From Candidatus Latescibacterota bacterium (GTDB lineage: Bacteria > Latescibacterota > UBA2968), in assembly GCA_965207885.1 (NCBI GenBank), contig OZ242311.1, positions 1,568,001-1,632,000 on the forward strand: 64,000 bases of DNA. Direction: 5' to 3'. The notes under the pieces were generated by a model. The model saw only the letters and a list, made by a program, of their open reading frames with translations, did not search any database and had not been told where the DNA came from. The position numbers were made by a program, and so were the translations under genes. Positions 18,969 through 29,183 of the stretch are shown here, in pieces. The first letter of the stretch is position 1, and every line of letters starts with the position of its first letter.

Positions 18969-21557
18969 CTATATTTGCTCGTGGTCATTTATTTTTAATG
19001 CCTGGTACAGGCTGTCCTTAAACTTATTTTCGTCTTCGTTGTTGTAAAACGGCACGCCTATCAAACGGTATTTCTCGTTCTCAAACGTCAAGGTTTGGCA
19101 GTCAAACTCAGAAGTGATCTCCTGTAAGAAGATTTCCTTCCAACGGTCACTCTCTTTCAGATGCTTGCCCTTGGGTTCGATAAACATCTGATAGGTAAGC
19201 ATATTTCCATCTTGTTCGCGCAGGAACAGAACAAAATCTGGCTCAAATGCCTGTCCATCGTCAAAATTGTAAATTTTGAAATGCCTCTCGTTTCGCAGCA
19301 GATATATCTCGTCGTAATTTTCTGTTAGCTTGCTCATCTGGCGGTCAAGCATTCGCACAAATGCCTTTTCTTCGCTTGTGCCGTAAACCGTATTGAAGGC
19401 AAACCAGTCTTTGGAAGATACGAAATGCGCGAATTGTGCGTCTTCTTCAGCCTGCGGGTTTTGAACGTCAAATTTTAACACTTTATCCTTGAAGATTTTA
19501 TGCACCCTATCGCGCCTGAAATCTCGCGAGCCTTCGTATTCGGTAATTTGTTGGCGAATTTCAGATTCAATTTGGTGCAACAGCCCACACACGGCTTCGC
19601 GTTGTTCAGCACGGTTGTCTTGCAGCGCAGACACCTGGCCTTCAAAGGTGATCTCCAGCCCCCCAAGATAATTTTCAGAACTAATGAATTCTCGAATAGA
19701 TGCTATATTGGGGAAATAGCGTTTGAGGGACGCGAACGTAAAGAACGGATTGCGTGCAATAGCAGATTGAACAATGTTCCGTCCGAAGTCTTTAACCTTC
19801 ATATCCCGACGGTTTTCGTCTTTTACCACTGTCCCCTGATGTTCGCTTGCCAAAACTGTTTGTGTGCCACCGTGACCTGTGGCGATGGTATGAACGTAGT
19901 TTTGCATCGTCACGCCTAAATCTTCAAAAGATTGTACCCTCTGATAATTTTTAGGGAGACGGTCATTGAGCCAGACCACACCATATTTGTAGAAATCGGT
20001 TTTCTTGAACGGGTCTTTGAGGTTCAGTTTGCGGGTCACTTCGCGCTCATCCATCATACCCTGTTCAACCAGCGCGGTACGAAGTTCGGAAATATAGCGG
20101 GAATCATGGATACTGTGATAATGCAACTCCTCCAGCACGCGCAGTTCATTTTCGAGGTCATCGTCAAATTTCCGACAGAAGCGGTCAGTGTTCTCAGATA
20201 AAACAAAAGGGAAATAACGCGCTCCGCGACCGATGAGTTGCGCTTCGGACATGGTTGTTCTCCCAATTCTATTCTTTCCCGAGTCACGCGCTTCGTAACA
20301 GCGAACAATGTCGAACAGATTCAGTACATCCCAACCCTCATTGAGTTTTTGTACAGCAAAAATAGCGCGGATGAGATTGTCCCGATCTTCGAGCGTGTTG
20401 ACCAGTATTTGGTAGTTCTCCTTCTCTTTTTCTGCGTTGACTGAGATACAGTAATCTTCCTGAAATGCTCGCTTCAAGCGTTCTGCCAACTGCGCGTCGA
20501 TGATATTATGATCATCAAAGAATTGAAATGCCCGCTGAACAAGGGGAATATCTGACCTGCGAACGCGAGCAATCTGTCCTGCAGTGAGACCATCAACAAG
20601 CGTATGAAAGTTGGCCTTATTCTCTTGCGATTGTGCAATCGTACGCTGTGCTTTGAACAAAATCACGGGTTTGAGGTTGATCTGATATTTCGCCGCCACT
20701 TCCTGCTTGTACTGGCTCAAAATCAGAGCTTGCAGGATGCGCTCATTCAGGTCGAAGTCGGATTGCACAATGACCACATCTTTTGAAAAACGGTCGTTGC
20801 GGAATTGCAGCAAGTCATAGCGATATAACACCTTGTTGCGGTATTTTTCCACCATCGCAGGCGTCTCGTAATCGTGCGTGGCGGTAAATTCCAGTAGCAG
20901 GTTGTCTTCATTCTGAGAGAAAATGCGCTCGACGGTATTTTCCCAACTCTCGAACATCTCCCGCTGAGACTTGGTCGTAACGTTCATGTGATGGGCTTCA
21001 TCGGCAATCAACACAACCTGGTGTTTGCGGAAGTCTTCAAAAGTAATGGCATTTTCTTTTTCAGTGGTCAGATCGGAGTGTAGTTTTTGAATGGTGGTAA
21101 AACAGATATTGATATCGTTGGGATTAACCGACTCAAAGTTCTCCACTGTCGAGATCCGCACGGAGCGGTTGGCGATGTGAATGTCCGTGTTGAACAGGTA
21201 TTTAATACTGGCAGGGTTGAGGAAATTGTCCCGCGTCTTTTCGATGATATTGGTAGAATTGACAAAAAAGAGAAAGTTTCGATAGCCCTTTTCATACAAG
21301 TAGAGAATCAGCCCCGCCATGATAAGCGTCTTGCCACTGCCTGTCGCCATGTTAAACAAAAAATGCAGTGGTCGTTCCTTGCCGGGAAACTCGTTATCAA
21401 GACAGTGGAAGAAACGGGCAAACGCCTCTTCTTGATAAGGGCGAAGTTCAAATTTGGGATTCAGATTGTCTTTGAGGTAGGGAGGGATTTCATTTGAGAG
21501 AAATCCCATTTGGGAAACAGCATTAAGCGTCTCATATAAGAACTTATCTGCCATCAT
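18969..21557 (-). CDS. res: Type III restriction enzyme Res subunit (SF2 helicase plus PD-(D/E)XK nuclease)
   Basis: FNMATGSGKT, DEAHH, EFTAT, LNEGWDV, QLIGRGAR; C-terminal FEPDF…FIEPKG. Confidence 0.92.
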   Translation of the reverse strand: MMADKFLYETLNAVSQMGFLSNEIPPYLKDNLNPKFELRPYQEEAFARFFHCLDNEFPGKERPLHFLFNMATGSGKTLIMAGLILYLYEKGYRNFLFFVNSTNIIEKTRDNFLNPASIKYLFNTDIHIANRSVRISTVENFESVNPNDINICFTTIQKLHSDLTTEKENAITFEDFRKHQVVLIADEAHHMNVTTKSQREMFESWENTVERIFSQNEDNLLLEFTATHDYETPAMVEKYRNKVLYRYDLLQFRNDRFSKDVVIVQSDFDLNERILQALILSQYKQEVAAKYQINLKPVILFKAQRTIAQSQENKANFHTLVDGLTAGQIARVRRSDIPLVQRAFQFFDDHNIIDAQLAERLKRAFQEDYCISVNAEKEKENYQILVNTLEDRDNLIRAIFAVQKLNEGWDVLNLFDIVRCYEARDSGKNRIGRTTMSEAQLIGRGARYFPFVLSENTDRFCRKFDDDLENELRVLEELHYHSIHDSRYISELRTALVEQGMMDEREVTRKLNLKDPFKKTDFYKYGVVWLNDRLPKNYQRVQSFEDLGVTMQNYVHTIATGHGGTQTVLASEHQGTVVKDENRRDMKVKDFGRNIVQSAIARNPFFTFASLKRYFPNIASIREFISSENYLGGLEITFEGQVSALQDNRAEQREAVCGLLHQIESEIRQQITEYEGSRDFRRDRVHKIFKDKVLKFDVQNPQAEEDAQFAHFVSSKDWFAFNTVYGTSEEKAFVRMLDRQMSKLTENYDEIYLLRNERHFKIYNFDDGQAFEPDFVLFLREQDGNMLTYQMFIEPKGKHLKESDRWKEIFLQEITSEFDCQTLTFENEKYRLIGVPFYNNEDENKFKDSLYQALKINDHEQI

Positions 21558-21559
21558 AT

Positions 21560-21820
21560 CTAATCTCTGTACACTTCTCGCCGATGCCGGACCCGATAGA
21601 CTTCAATCTCCCGCTTTTTTCGGTCAACAGCATAGACGACGCGATAATCGCCCACGCGCAGTCTGAACTGGCCTTGCTTCGGTCCAGTGAGTGCCGTCAG
21701 TTTGGTAGCCTCAAAGTTCTCGGCTAACCACCGCAGTTTTCCAATTACGCGCTGTGCTGTTGCCCTACCCAAACGTCGTACATCAGATTGAGCACGATCC
21801 GAAAATACCACATCATACAT
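21560..21820 (-). CDS. relE: RelE/ParE family toxin
   Basis: MYDVVFSDRAQSD…LTG…FRLRVGDYRVVY…VRHRREVY; ATG overlaps the mod stop (TAATG). Confidence 0.92.
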   Translation of the reverse strand: MYDVVFSDRAQSDVRRLGRATAQRVIGKLRWLAENFEATKLTALTGPKQGQFRLRVGDYRVVYAVDRKKREIEVYRVRHRREVYRD

Positions 21821-23904
21821 TACCAATTAAGCCCCAATTCTTCGGCGACTTTCTCGGCAGGGATAGTCTTTCCACCGGCTTCCACATCGGCGATGGTCTG
21901 CTGGAGTTCTGCGACAAATTCGTCGCGCAATTCCAAACCCTCGTCGGGATCCTGTCCGTAGAACTCCTCGTTTAATTCCTTGTCTTCCGCGCTTATGCCA
22001 AATTCCTCGTCGTCAATTTCTGAAAAATTGACATAGAGTTGGTTCTTATCCAGCAGTTCCGCGAGCAGTTTTTTTTGTTTCTTCAGTCCATTTTCGCCTT
22101 CGCCGATGGCGATGAAAGTATCAACCGCATCTTCCGGGACTTCAGGGTTCACATACCAGTTCAAAAATGAGTTTTCTGCAATATCTCGCCAGAGTTTTAC
22201 AAGCTCTTCAGAGGATTGCGCGGCTTGAATTTTACCCATATAGGCTTCGTTGTATTGCATCAGTTCACAATAGACAAAGTCGCCACCGCCCTGCCAGTCG
22301 ACGGATTCAGAGATGCCACCAGTGTCATATTCAATTTCTTCTGGTAGCTTGTCCTCCTGCCCTAATTTTTTGCCGACAACTTTTTTTACCCGTTCAACGG
22401 GTATGGTTTCCATATAATCCATCTGTTCAACAGTAATCCATTGTCGATGCATCTTGTGAGCAACTGCGGCAGTGGTGCCGGAGCCGGCGAAGAAGTCGAG
22501 AATAAGATCGCCTTCATTTGTAGACATCTCAATGATTTGTTTAATTAATCCTTCCGGTTTTGGAGTGTCAAAGATATTTACACTACCAAACAGACTTTGA
22601 ATTTCACTGGTTCCCTTATTTCCTAAAGGAATATCATCCCATATCGTTCCATAAGGGACTCCCTCTTTTACATCACAAAGAAATCTTTTTAATTTTGGAC
22701 GGCCTTTTCCATCTTTACCAAAATAAATCTCTTTATTTGCCAATAATGTCTCGATTTTCTCTTTATTGAAACGCCAATTGCCTTTTGATGAAGGATAATG
22801 CTGTTTTCCTGTCTCGGGATTCACGATTGGAAAATAGAGAGACTTTACATATCTGCCTCCCTTTACATTCGCCATCAAATTATCCGGAGCCCATACACCT
22901 TTAGGATGGTTGTCCGGGTTTTTATACCTTGAAAGTTGTTGTTCGGTTCTCTGTCTTCGGTTCAAGACTCTTTCCAGCGTTCCATTTTTGCAGAAGGACA
23001 GAACAAATTCATGAGTTGCTCCAATTTTTTTGTCATTTGGTGCACTCCCTCTTTTTTTCCAAATAATTTGTTGATAGTTCTCCTCAGAACAATTGAAAAT
23101 TTCATCACAAAGTATCTTCAAGTAAGGTTGCTCCTTATCTGTTATCTGTATAAACAACAAACCACCATTCATAAGTAAATCAGACGCAATTTGTAAACGA
23201 TTCTTCATGAAGGTAAGCCATGAAGAATGATTAAAATTGTCATTATATTTGAATCCATCTTTTCCTGTGTTATACGGTGGATCAATATAAATCAGCTTTA
23301 CCTTGCCCTGGAATTGCTTTTTAAGCGTATGCAAAGCCAGGAGATTATTGCCCTTTATAATTAGGTTTTCACGGATGGTACCGCGCTCATCACGCCTCAA
23401 CCCCATCACGTCCTCTTCGCCATCCACCGTATAGCGTTTCCAGTTGGTCAATACCTTTGGATCAAATAGCCGGTCAATTTCGTCCTGTGCCAGAATTTCA
23501 TTAAAAAAAATCTCCATACGCTTTTCTTCATGCTTGGTTTGTCCGCCCTCCAATACGCAGTCCTTGTACGGCCATACCAGAGACACTTCACCTCGCTCCC
23601 GCAGAAACTTATCGTCGATATTCAAACCAATCCTGTTGCGGAATCGGGTGTATGAGTCGGCGAGAAAGTTCTTATCGGAAACGTATTCAATGAAGGCGTT
23701 GAGATTGAAAATCCAGTGGCCTTCGATCTCGTCAAAGAATTTTGTCTTGATTTCCGCATCACCAAGCAGCAGTCTCACAAGGTCATGGTCAATCTTCCAG
23801 GCTCGATCTGTCACCGCCGCTTTGACCAACTCGCCTTCGTCGTCAATGAAACGGGCGTCGGTTTTGAGCAATTCGATCAATTTTTCGTTAAAGTTTTTTA
23901 GCAT
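21820..23904 (-). CDS. mod: Type III R-M Mod adenine methyltransferase with a fused C-terminal antitoxin-like tail
   Basis: NLIIKGNNL, IYIDPPYNTG, TPKPE, LDFFAGSGTT; after …LNEEFYG the frame continues with QDPDEGLELR…IPAEKVAEELGLNW. Confidence 0.9.
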   Translation of the reverse strand: MLKNFNEKLIELLKTDARFIDDEGELVKAAVTDRAWKIDHDLVRLLLGDAEIKTKFFDEIEGHWIFNLNAFIEYVSDKNFLADSYTRFRNRIGLNIDDKFLRERGEVSLVWPYKDCVLEGGQTKHEEKRMEIFFNEILAQDEIDRLFDPKVLTNWKRYTVDGEEDVMGLRRDERGTIRENLIIKGNNLLALHTLKKQFQGKVKLIYIDPPYNTGKDGFKYNDNFNHSSWLTFMKNRLQIASDLLMNGGLLFIQITDKEQPYLKILCDEIFNCSEENYQQIIWKKRGSAPNDKKIGATHEFVLSFCKNGTLERVLNRRQRTEQQLSRYKNPDNHPKGVWAPDNLMANVKGGRYVKSLYFPIVNPETGKQHYPSSKGNWRFNKEKIETLLANKEIYFGKDGKGRPKLKRFLCDVKEGVPYGTIWDDIPLGNKGTSEIQSLFGSVNIFDTPKPEGLIKQIIEMSTNEGDLILDFFAGSGTTAAVAHKMHRQWITVEQMDYMETIPVERVKKVVGKKLGQEDKLPEEIEYDTGGISESVDWQGGGDFVYCELMQYNEAYMGKIQAAQSSEELVKLWRDIAENSFLNWYVNPEVPEDAVDTFIAIGEGENGLKKQKKLLAELLDKNQLYVNFSEIDDEEFGISAEDKELNEEFYGQDPDEGLELRDEFVAELQQTIADVEAGGKTIPAEKVAEELGLNW

Positions 23905-24044
23905 GGTACAATCCTTAAAGTGGAAGGATAGGCAACCTGTGGACACGGATGCGGTCACGCCAGCGCGGATACTTGATCTTTAGCATGTCCAATCGCCGGA
24001 CATTGAAGGCGATTTCGTTGGTCTTGGAAATGGTCTGAGAAAGG

Positions 24045-24590
24045 TCAGTCTATTTGAATGACATCATCCGAAAGTTTTCGATCCAACTCAGGTGACGGAA
24101 TAATATCGACCTCAGTCAGCATCTCTTTCTTCAATGTACTTTTTAGAAAATTTCGCAACTTGTCTCTCAGGTGGTCCAGCAGAACAGAAGAATCCGGCGA
24201 ATCCGTAGTCGTTATAAGCCAGTAGTGAAATTGATGCTCTGGCAGAAACGCTTTTACTCGTGCCCACCAACTGGACAGACGACAAAGGACCAACATGGAA
24301 CCGTAAAGTTTAAGGCGGTGCTCTCTGAGAACATCTTCGTAAAGCAAGGCAGTTTGATCTTCGTCATTAAGGTAGCCATGTCTTTGTTTGAAAGCAACGA
24401 TCGTCTGCCCTAAATCGGTTTCCTCAATCAAAACGACGCTTTGTCCATCCTTGCTGACCGTCACATAGTCGCAGCACTCACAGGTCCCAAGCCCGGCAGC
24501 GTGGCGCATGTCGTTTGCTGTGTTGTCCATCCGATATGCTGTGAAGCCGCTGGCAGACTCAATTTCCTCAGCAAATTGTGATAAGCGCAT
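24045..24590 (-). CDS. Hypothetical protein, partner of the AAA ATPase (possible PD-(D/E)XK-like nuclease)
   Basis: Start is 1 nt after the ATPase stop; CDYV…VLIEETD acidic motif. Confidence 0.6.
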   Translation of the reverse strand: MRLSQFAEEIESASGFTAYRMDNTANDMRHAAGLGTCECCDYVTVSKDGQSVVLIEETDLGQTIVAFKQRHGYLNDEDQTALLYEDVLREHRLKLYGSMLVLCRLSSWWARVKAFLPEHQFHYWLITTTDSPDSSVLLDHLRDKLRNFLKSTLKKEMLTEVDIIPSPELDRKLSDDVIQID

Positions 24591-24591
24591 T

Positions 24592-25941
24592 CTACAACCC
24601 CGTGATATAGAGGTCGGAGAAAGGCTGAGTCAACGATTGTTTGGCTTCTGCCATCACCGCGTCCATATCGTCATTCCATTCGGCATCCGGCGGAAACTTA
24701 TTCAACCTGACGAATGCCCGGTCTTTCGATTCTTTCTTTAGATGCACCTCAAGCCACTTGAGGATCGTCATGCTATGGGTGGAGATCACTACATGAACCC
24801 CCTGACGAGCCAACTCAAAAAGGAACTCCGCCATCTCAACCTGCCAGGCTGGATGCAGATTCGCCTCGGGTTCATCAATGAACAGGAAAGAACCGGGTTC
24901 TAATGCCCCTCGTTCAATTAGCAACGCCAACATACCCATGTTGGCAACCCCAGCCGACGTAAGAGAGAGCGGAAATGACCCACCACTTGTTTGAAATTCG
25001 AGATCGCCCGCCTCACTCAGCACAATTTTCCCTCCAATCGCATTGTGCAGACCTTTGTGAATCTCGGCGAAAGGATGATCAATGCGCTGTCTTCTGAGAG
25101 CGACGACCACATCGTAAAAATAAGATGGGACTCCGCTCAAGGACCTCCAGGAAGAGGAACTCGAGTCGAGCTTAATTGATTCCAGAGGATTTTTCAGCTT
25201 CCAATAGAGTTGGGACTCTAAATAGAAGGCTTCGGGAAATGATTGCGAATTTTGAACGATTTGCGGATCGAGTATGAAATTGAATTGGTTTGCTTCTTCC
25301 AAACTCCCTAATCCTTGGACGCTGAAAGACAAGGGGGAATCACCGACTCCTTTGAGCTGTGAAATATCAGATACTTGAAAATTTCCGCTTACATTCTGGC
25401 GAAACTTCCAGGCCCATCCGATATTAATCATCAGTTCCTCATTCCTGAAAACCTTGTCCAACGCATCTATGCTATCTTTGATGTATCCGTGAAGCTGTAA
25501 TACCTCGGAGCGGTCTTCTTCTCTTTCAATGTTGTTTTTTAGGATTTGGAAATGGGTCTTCATCGCCTCAATTTCTGCTATCACTTCGGGTTGCACCGAC
25601 TTGAGCACATCGAGTTCATTTTGGCTCACACTGCTTGAGGCCGCTTCCCGCAAGAGAGAATCAATTTTTTGCAATGCCCTTCTAATGCCAGACCTGGCGC
25701 GTTCTCCTGTCGCACCAAAATCTCTATTCAATTCTAAGATGCGGTAAATCAAACTGACGTCGTGCGCTTCAAAAAACACGAGCGCAGGATTCGCGTTTAT
25801 CGCTCCAAGCATCGAATAGAGCATCTTCGCCACAAAGGTCTTGCCAGTATTGTTTGGCCCAGCGAAGACCGTGAACCGGCCCACCTGTATGGTCGCTTCG
25901 TCAATTGGCCCAAAATTCTGAATTTTTAACTCGAGGTCCAT
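24592..25941 (-). CDS. AAA_15/AAA_21-type ABC ATPase (defence-associated type)
   Basis: KIQNFGPI, Walker A GPNNTGKT, TSAG signature, Walker B FIDEPEANLHP, STHS; AAGGAGG SD. Confidence 0.88.
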   Translation of the reverse strand: MDLELKIQNFGPIDEATIQVGRFTVFAGPNNTGKTFVAKMLYSMLGAINANPALVFFEAHDVSLIYRILELNRDFGATGERARSGIRRALQKIDSLLREAASSSVSQNELDVLKSVQPEVIAEIEAMKTHFQILKNNIEREEDRSEVLQLHGYIKDSIDALDKVFRNEELMINIGWAWKFRQNVSGNFQVSDISQLKGVGDSPLSFSVQGLGSLEEANQFNFILDPQIVQNSQSFPEAFYLESQLYWKLKNPLESIKLDSSSSSWRSLSGVPSYFYDVVVALRRQRIDHPFAEIHKGLHNAIGGKIVLSEAGDLEFQTSGGSFPLSLTSAGVANMGMLALLIERGALEPGSFLFIDEPEANLHPAWQVEMAEFLFELARQGVHVVISTHSMTILKWLEVHLKKESKDRAFVRLNKFPPDAEWNDDMDAVMAEAKQSLTQPFSDLYITGL

Positions 25942-25989
25942 AAGTCCCTCCTTAACAGCCGTACGACAAACCGTGCCCTAACGCGTATT

Positions 25990-27441
25990 TTATCCCAATT
26001 TCTCCCGCAATAGTTGACTCGCCTTTTGGGGATTGGCCTGGCCTTTTGTAGCTCTCATAAGTTGCCCCATAAAGAACCCCATAAGCTTTTGGTCGCCGCC
26101 TTTAAACCGCTCAACCTCGTCGGGATTATCCGCAATAATCTGATCGATCACGCCATCGAGTTCACCCGCATCGCTGATCTGTACAAGCCCCTTCTTCTCA
26201 ACAATAGCCGCAGGACTATCCCCTGTCTCCACCATATCGTCGAAAACCGTTCGCGCGATACTGGTGCTAATATCGCCCTTATCGATCAAACCAATCAATT
26301 CCGCGAGATATTCGGCTGAAACACACAAATCGCCAATCGCGATCTTCCGATCATTCAGAACGCGCATCACATCGCCCTGTATCCAATTGGCCGCGAGCCT
26401 GCTCTGCACACCCACCGCAACCGCAGCTTCAAAATAATCCGCAATATCTCGATCTGCGGTAAGCACATCGATCTGATCGCCGGAAATATCGTAAACCTCT
26501 GCAAAACGCGCGCGTTTGTCCTCTGGCAACTCTGGAATCTGGCTCTGAACGCGCGCGACCCAGGCATCATCTACGACCAATGGGACCAGATCCGGATCGG
26601 GAAAATAGCGATAATCGTCCGACTCCTCTTTTGTACGCATAGCCCGCAAAATATTGCGATCGGGATCATAGAGCATCGTCGCCTGCTCGATCTCACCCCC
26701 GGTCTCAACCAAATCAATCTGCCGTTGAATCTCGGACTCGATAGCGCGCTGGCAATTGCGAAAAGAATTGACGTTCTTGATCTCGACCTTCGTACCGAGT
26801 CGTGTTTCCCCAACGGGCCGAATCGACACATTGGCATCGATCCGCATATGTCCCTTTTCCATATCGCCTTCGGACACCCCCGTGTACACCAGCAATTGAT
26901 GCAAACTCGTCAGATAGTGAAAAACTTCCTCCGACGTCGAAAGATCCGGCTCACTCACAATCTCGATAAGCGGCACGCCACAGCGATTGACATCCACGAG
27001 AGACTCCCCTGCAGCCACAAAGGCCTCCTGGTGGATGCTCTTGCCAGCATCTTCTTCCATATGGATACGCGTAAGGCGAATGGTCTTCCTACCACCGTCA
27101 GCCGTGGGCACATCAACACCCCCACCAGTAGCCAGAGGCATTTCTTCATTGGATTGAAACTGCGAGATTTGATACCCCTTGGGCAGATCGGGATAAAAAT
27201 AATTCTTCCGCAAAAAACGGCTGCGAGGTTGAATCGCGCAACCCGCAGATAGTGCAACGCGCATCGCCAGTTCAACCACATTCTGATTCAACACGGGAAG
27301 CGCGCCAGGCAAGCCCAAACACACCGGACAGACATGGGTATTGGGATCGGCGCCAAATTCAGCGCTACATCCGCAAAAAATTTTCGTAGTGGTCGCAAGT
27401 TGGGCGTGCACTTCCAGACCGATGACAGACTCGTAATTCAT
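25990..27441 (-). CDS. gatB: Asp/Glu-tRNA amidotransferase subunit B
   Basis: [43 protein letters not shown]. Confidence 0.98.
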   Translation of the reverse strand: MNYESVIGLEVHAQLATTTKIFCGCSAEFGADPNTHVCPVCLGLPGALPVLNQNVVELAMRVALSAGCAIQPRSRFLRKNYFYPDLPKGYQISQFQSNEEMPLATGGGVDVPTADGGRKTIRLTRIHMEEDAGKSIHQEAFVAAGESLVDVNRCGVPLIEIVSEPDLSTSEEVFHYLTSLHQLLVYTGVSEGDMEKGHMRIDANVSIRPVGETRLGTKVEIKNVNSFRNCQRAIESEIQRQIDLVETGGEIEQATMLYDPDRNILRAMRTKEESDDYRYFPDPDLVPLVVDDAWVARVQSQIPELPEDKRARFAEVYDISGDQIDVLTADRDIADYFEAAVAVGVQSRLAANWIQGDVMRVLNDRKIAIGDLCVSAEYLAELIGLIDKGDISTSIARTVFDDMVETGDSPAAIVEKKGLVQISDAGELDGVIDQIIADNPDEVERFKGGDQKLMGFFMGQLMRATKGQANPQKASQLLREKLG

Positions 27442-28895
27442 GACGCCAACTCTCTTTCAACAACCGCAGACGCGCTCAAAATGGTCTCTTCGGCAAAAGT
27501 ATTGCCGAGCAACTGCAAGCCTATGGGCAAGCCTTCGGTCGATGTACCACATGGCACCGAAATACCGGGAATACCAGCGAGATTCACGGAAACAGTATAA
27601 ATATCGGAAAGATACATCTGAAGCGGATCGTCGAGTTTTTCACCCAGCTTAAATGCCGGAGTAGGCGATACGGGCGAAGCGAGGAGATCGCAGGATTCAA
27701 ACGCGCGCTCAAAATCCCGACGAATAAGCGTGCGCACCTGTTGCGCCTTGCGATAATACGCATCGTAATACCCCGCACTCAGCGCATAAGTCCCCAGCAT
27801 AATGCGACGCTTGACCTCTGCGCCAAAACCCTTGCTCCGCGTTTGAACATACATATCAATCAGGTTTTCTGCCTCATCGCGGAACCCGTATTTCACCCCA
27901 TCATAACGCGACAAATTTGACGATGCCTCAGCCGTAGCGATAATATAATATGCGGCAATTGCAAAAGCGGGATGTCCGGCAGTTGGCAGCGAAACTTCGC
28001 GAATAGACGCGCCATTTTTTTTCAGAATTTCAACCCCCTGCATGACAGCATTGCGAACATCGGATTGCAGACCTTCGCCGAAAAACTCCATCGGCAAGCC
28101 AATGGTGAGACCATCAACGCCTCTTTGGCAAGCCAAAAGGTAATCGGGTACCGGTACATGGGCAGAGGTAGAATCTCGGGAATCGTGCCCGGCGATGACA
28201 CCGAGCAGGGTGGCCGCATCTTCGACAGTACGCGCAAATGGACCAATCTGGTCGAGAGAAGAGGCATAAGCGATCAAGCCATAACGAGAAACGCGACCAT
28301 AAGTGGGTTTGAGGCCCACCACACCGCAGAAAGATGCGGGCAAACGAACAGACCCCCCAGTGTCAGACCCCAGAGTCATAAGAGCCTGACCGGCAGCAAC
28401 AGCAGCTGCAGAACCACCGCTGGACCCGCCTGTTACTCGGGTCTGATCGCGTGGATTTTTGACCGCACCAAAATGGGAATTTTCGCTGGAAGAGCCCATG
28501 GCAAACTCATCCATATTGAGTTTGCCCAGGATGATTGCATCGGCTTGACGCAGACGGGTAACAACGGTTGCATCATAAGGTGGGGTAAAATTGTCGAGAA
28601 TTTTTGAAGCACAGGTCGTGCGCAGCCCTTTGGTACACAACACATCTTTCAGGGCAATCGGGATGCCGGCAAGAGGGCCAGGGGCCTGACCCTCTGCGGC
28701 CTTTTGATCGACAGCATCTGCAGCTTTGAGCGCGCCTTCTTCATCAATGGTGATGAAGGCATTGATATCGGGATTTGTATTTTGGATGTGCGCGAGGATT
28801 TCTTCCGTTATTTCGCGGGCAGTGTGCGTACCCCTGCGAATGCCCTGTACAAGCTCCCGCGCTGTTTGGACGGAAAAAACAGAGTCGTCAGACAC
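27438..28895 (-). CDS. gatA: Asp/Glu-tRNA amidotransferase subunit A
   Basis: [38 protein letters not shown]. Confidence 0.97.
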   Translation of the reverse strand: MSDDSVFSVQTARELVQGIRRGTHTAREITEEILAHIQNTNPDINAFITIDEEGALKAADAVDQKAAEGQAPGPLAGIPIALKDVLCTKGLRTTCASKILDNFTPPYDATVVTRLRQADAIILGKLNMDEFAMGSSSENSHFGAVKNPRDQTRVTGGSSGGSAAAVAAGQALMTLGSDTGGSVRLPASFCGVVGLKPTYGRVSRYGLIAYASSLDQIGPFARTVEDAATLLGVIAGHDSRDSTSAHVPVPDYLLACQRGVDGLTIGLPMEFFGEGLQSDVRNAVMQGVEILKKNGASIREVSLPTAGHPAFAIAAYYIIATAEASSNLSRYDGVKYGFRDEAENLIDMYVQTRSKGFGAEVKRRIMLGTYALSAGYYDAYYRKAQQVRTLIRRDFERAFESCDLLASPVSPTPAFKLGEKLDDPLQMYLSDIYTVSVNLAGIPGISVPCGTSTEGLPIGLQLLGNTFAEETILSASAVVERELAS

Positions 28896-28907
28896 CCTGC
28901 CTCCAGA

Positions 28908-29162
28908 TTACGATTTTGTTTCTGTACCCGATGTGGTCTGTGTGGTCTGTGTGGTCTGCGTGGTCTGCGCGGGTTGCTGTTCGGGGGGCAGATCAGTATT
29001 GACGTTATTTTCTATTTCGGTCTGAACGTCTTTCACACCACGCTTAAATTCGGTAATGCCCTTGCCCAGTGACTGGGCAATTTCGGGAATGCGTTTTGCA
29101 CCAAATACCAGCAAAACAACGACCAAAATCATCACGATTTCCCATGGTCCCATGCCGAACAT
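28908..29162 (-). CDS. tatA: Twin-arginine translocase TatA/E
   Basis: MFGMGPWE…LLVFGAKRIPEIAQSLGKGITEFK; GGAGG SD. Confidence 0.93.
   Translation of the reverse strand: MFGMGPWEIVMILVVVLLVFGAKRIPEIAQSLGKGITEFKRGVKDVQTEIENNVNTDLPPEQQPAQTTQTTQTTQTTSGTETKS
28932..28967. repeat. 9-bp tandem repeat x4 encoding (QTT)4 in the TatA tail
   Basis: TGTGGTCTG x3 plus CGTGGTCTG. Confidence 0.85.
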
Positions 29163-29183
29163 ATCGCACCTCCAAAAATTAAC

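Noticed and set aside
21820-21990. Separate antitoxin gene overlapping the mod 3' end
   Set aside because: The antitoxin-like sequence is in frame with mod, with no stop before it and no nearby in-frame ATG, so it is treated as a fusion
23915-24046. Open 43-codon minus-strand frame just upstream of mod (possible gene remnant or controller)
   Set aside because: No start codon with an SD at its 5' end and no HTH or other motif
28932-28967. Short repeats (tatA, cusB) as a CRISPR array
   Set aside because: 9-bp in-frame coding tandem repeats without spacers; no cas genes in the window
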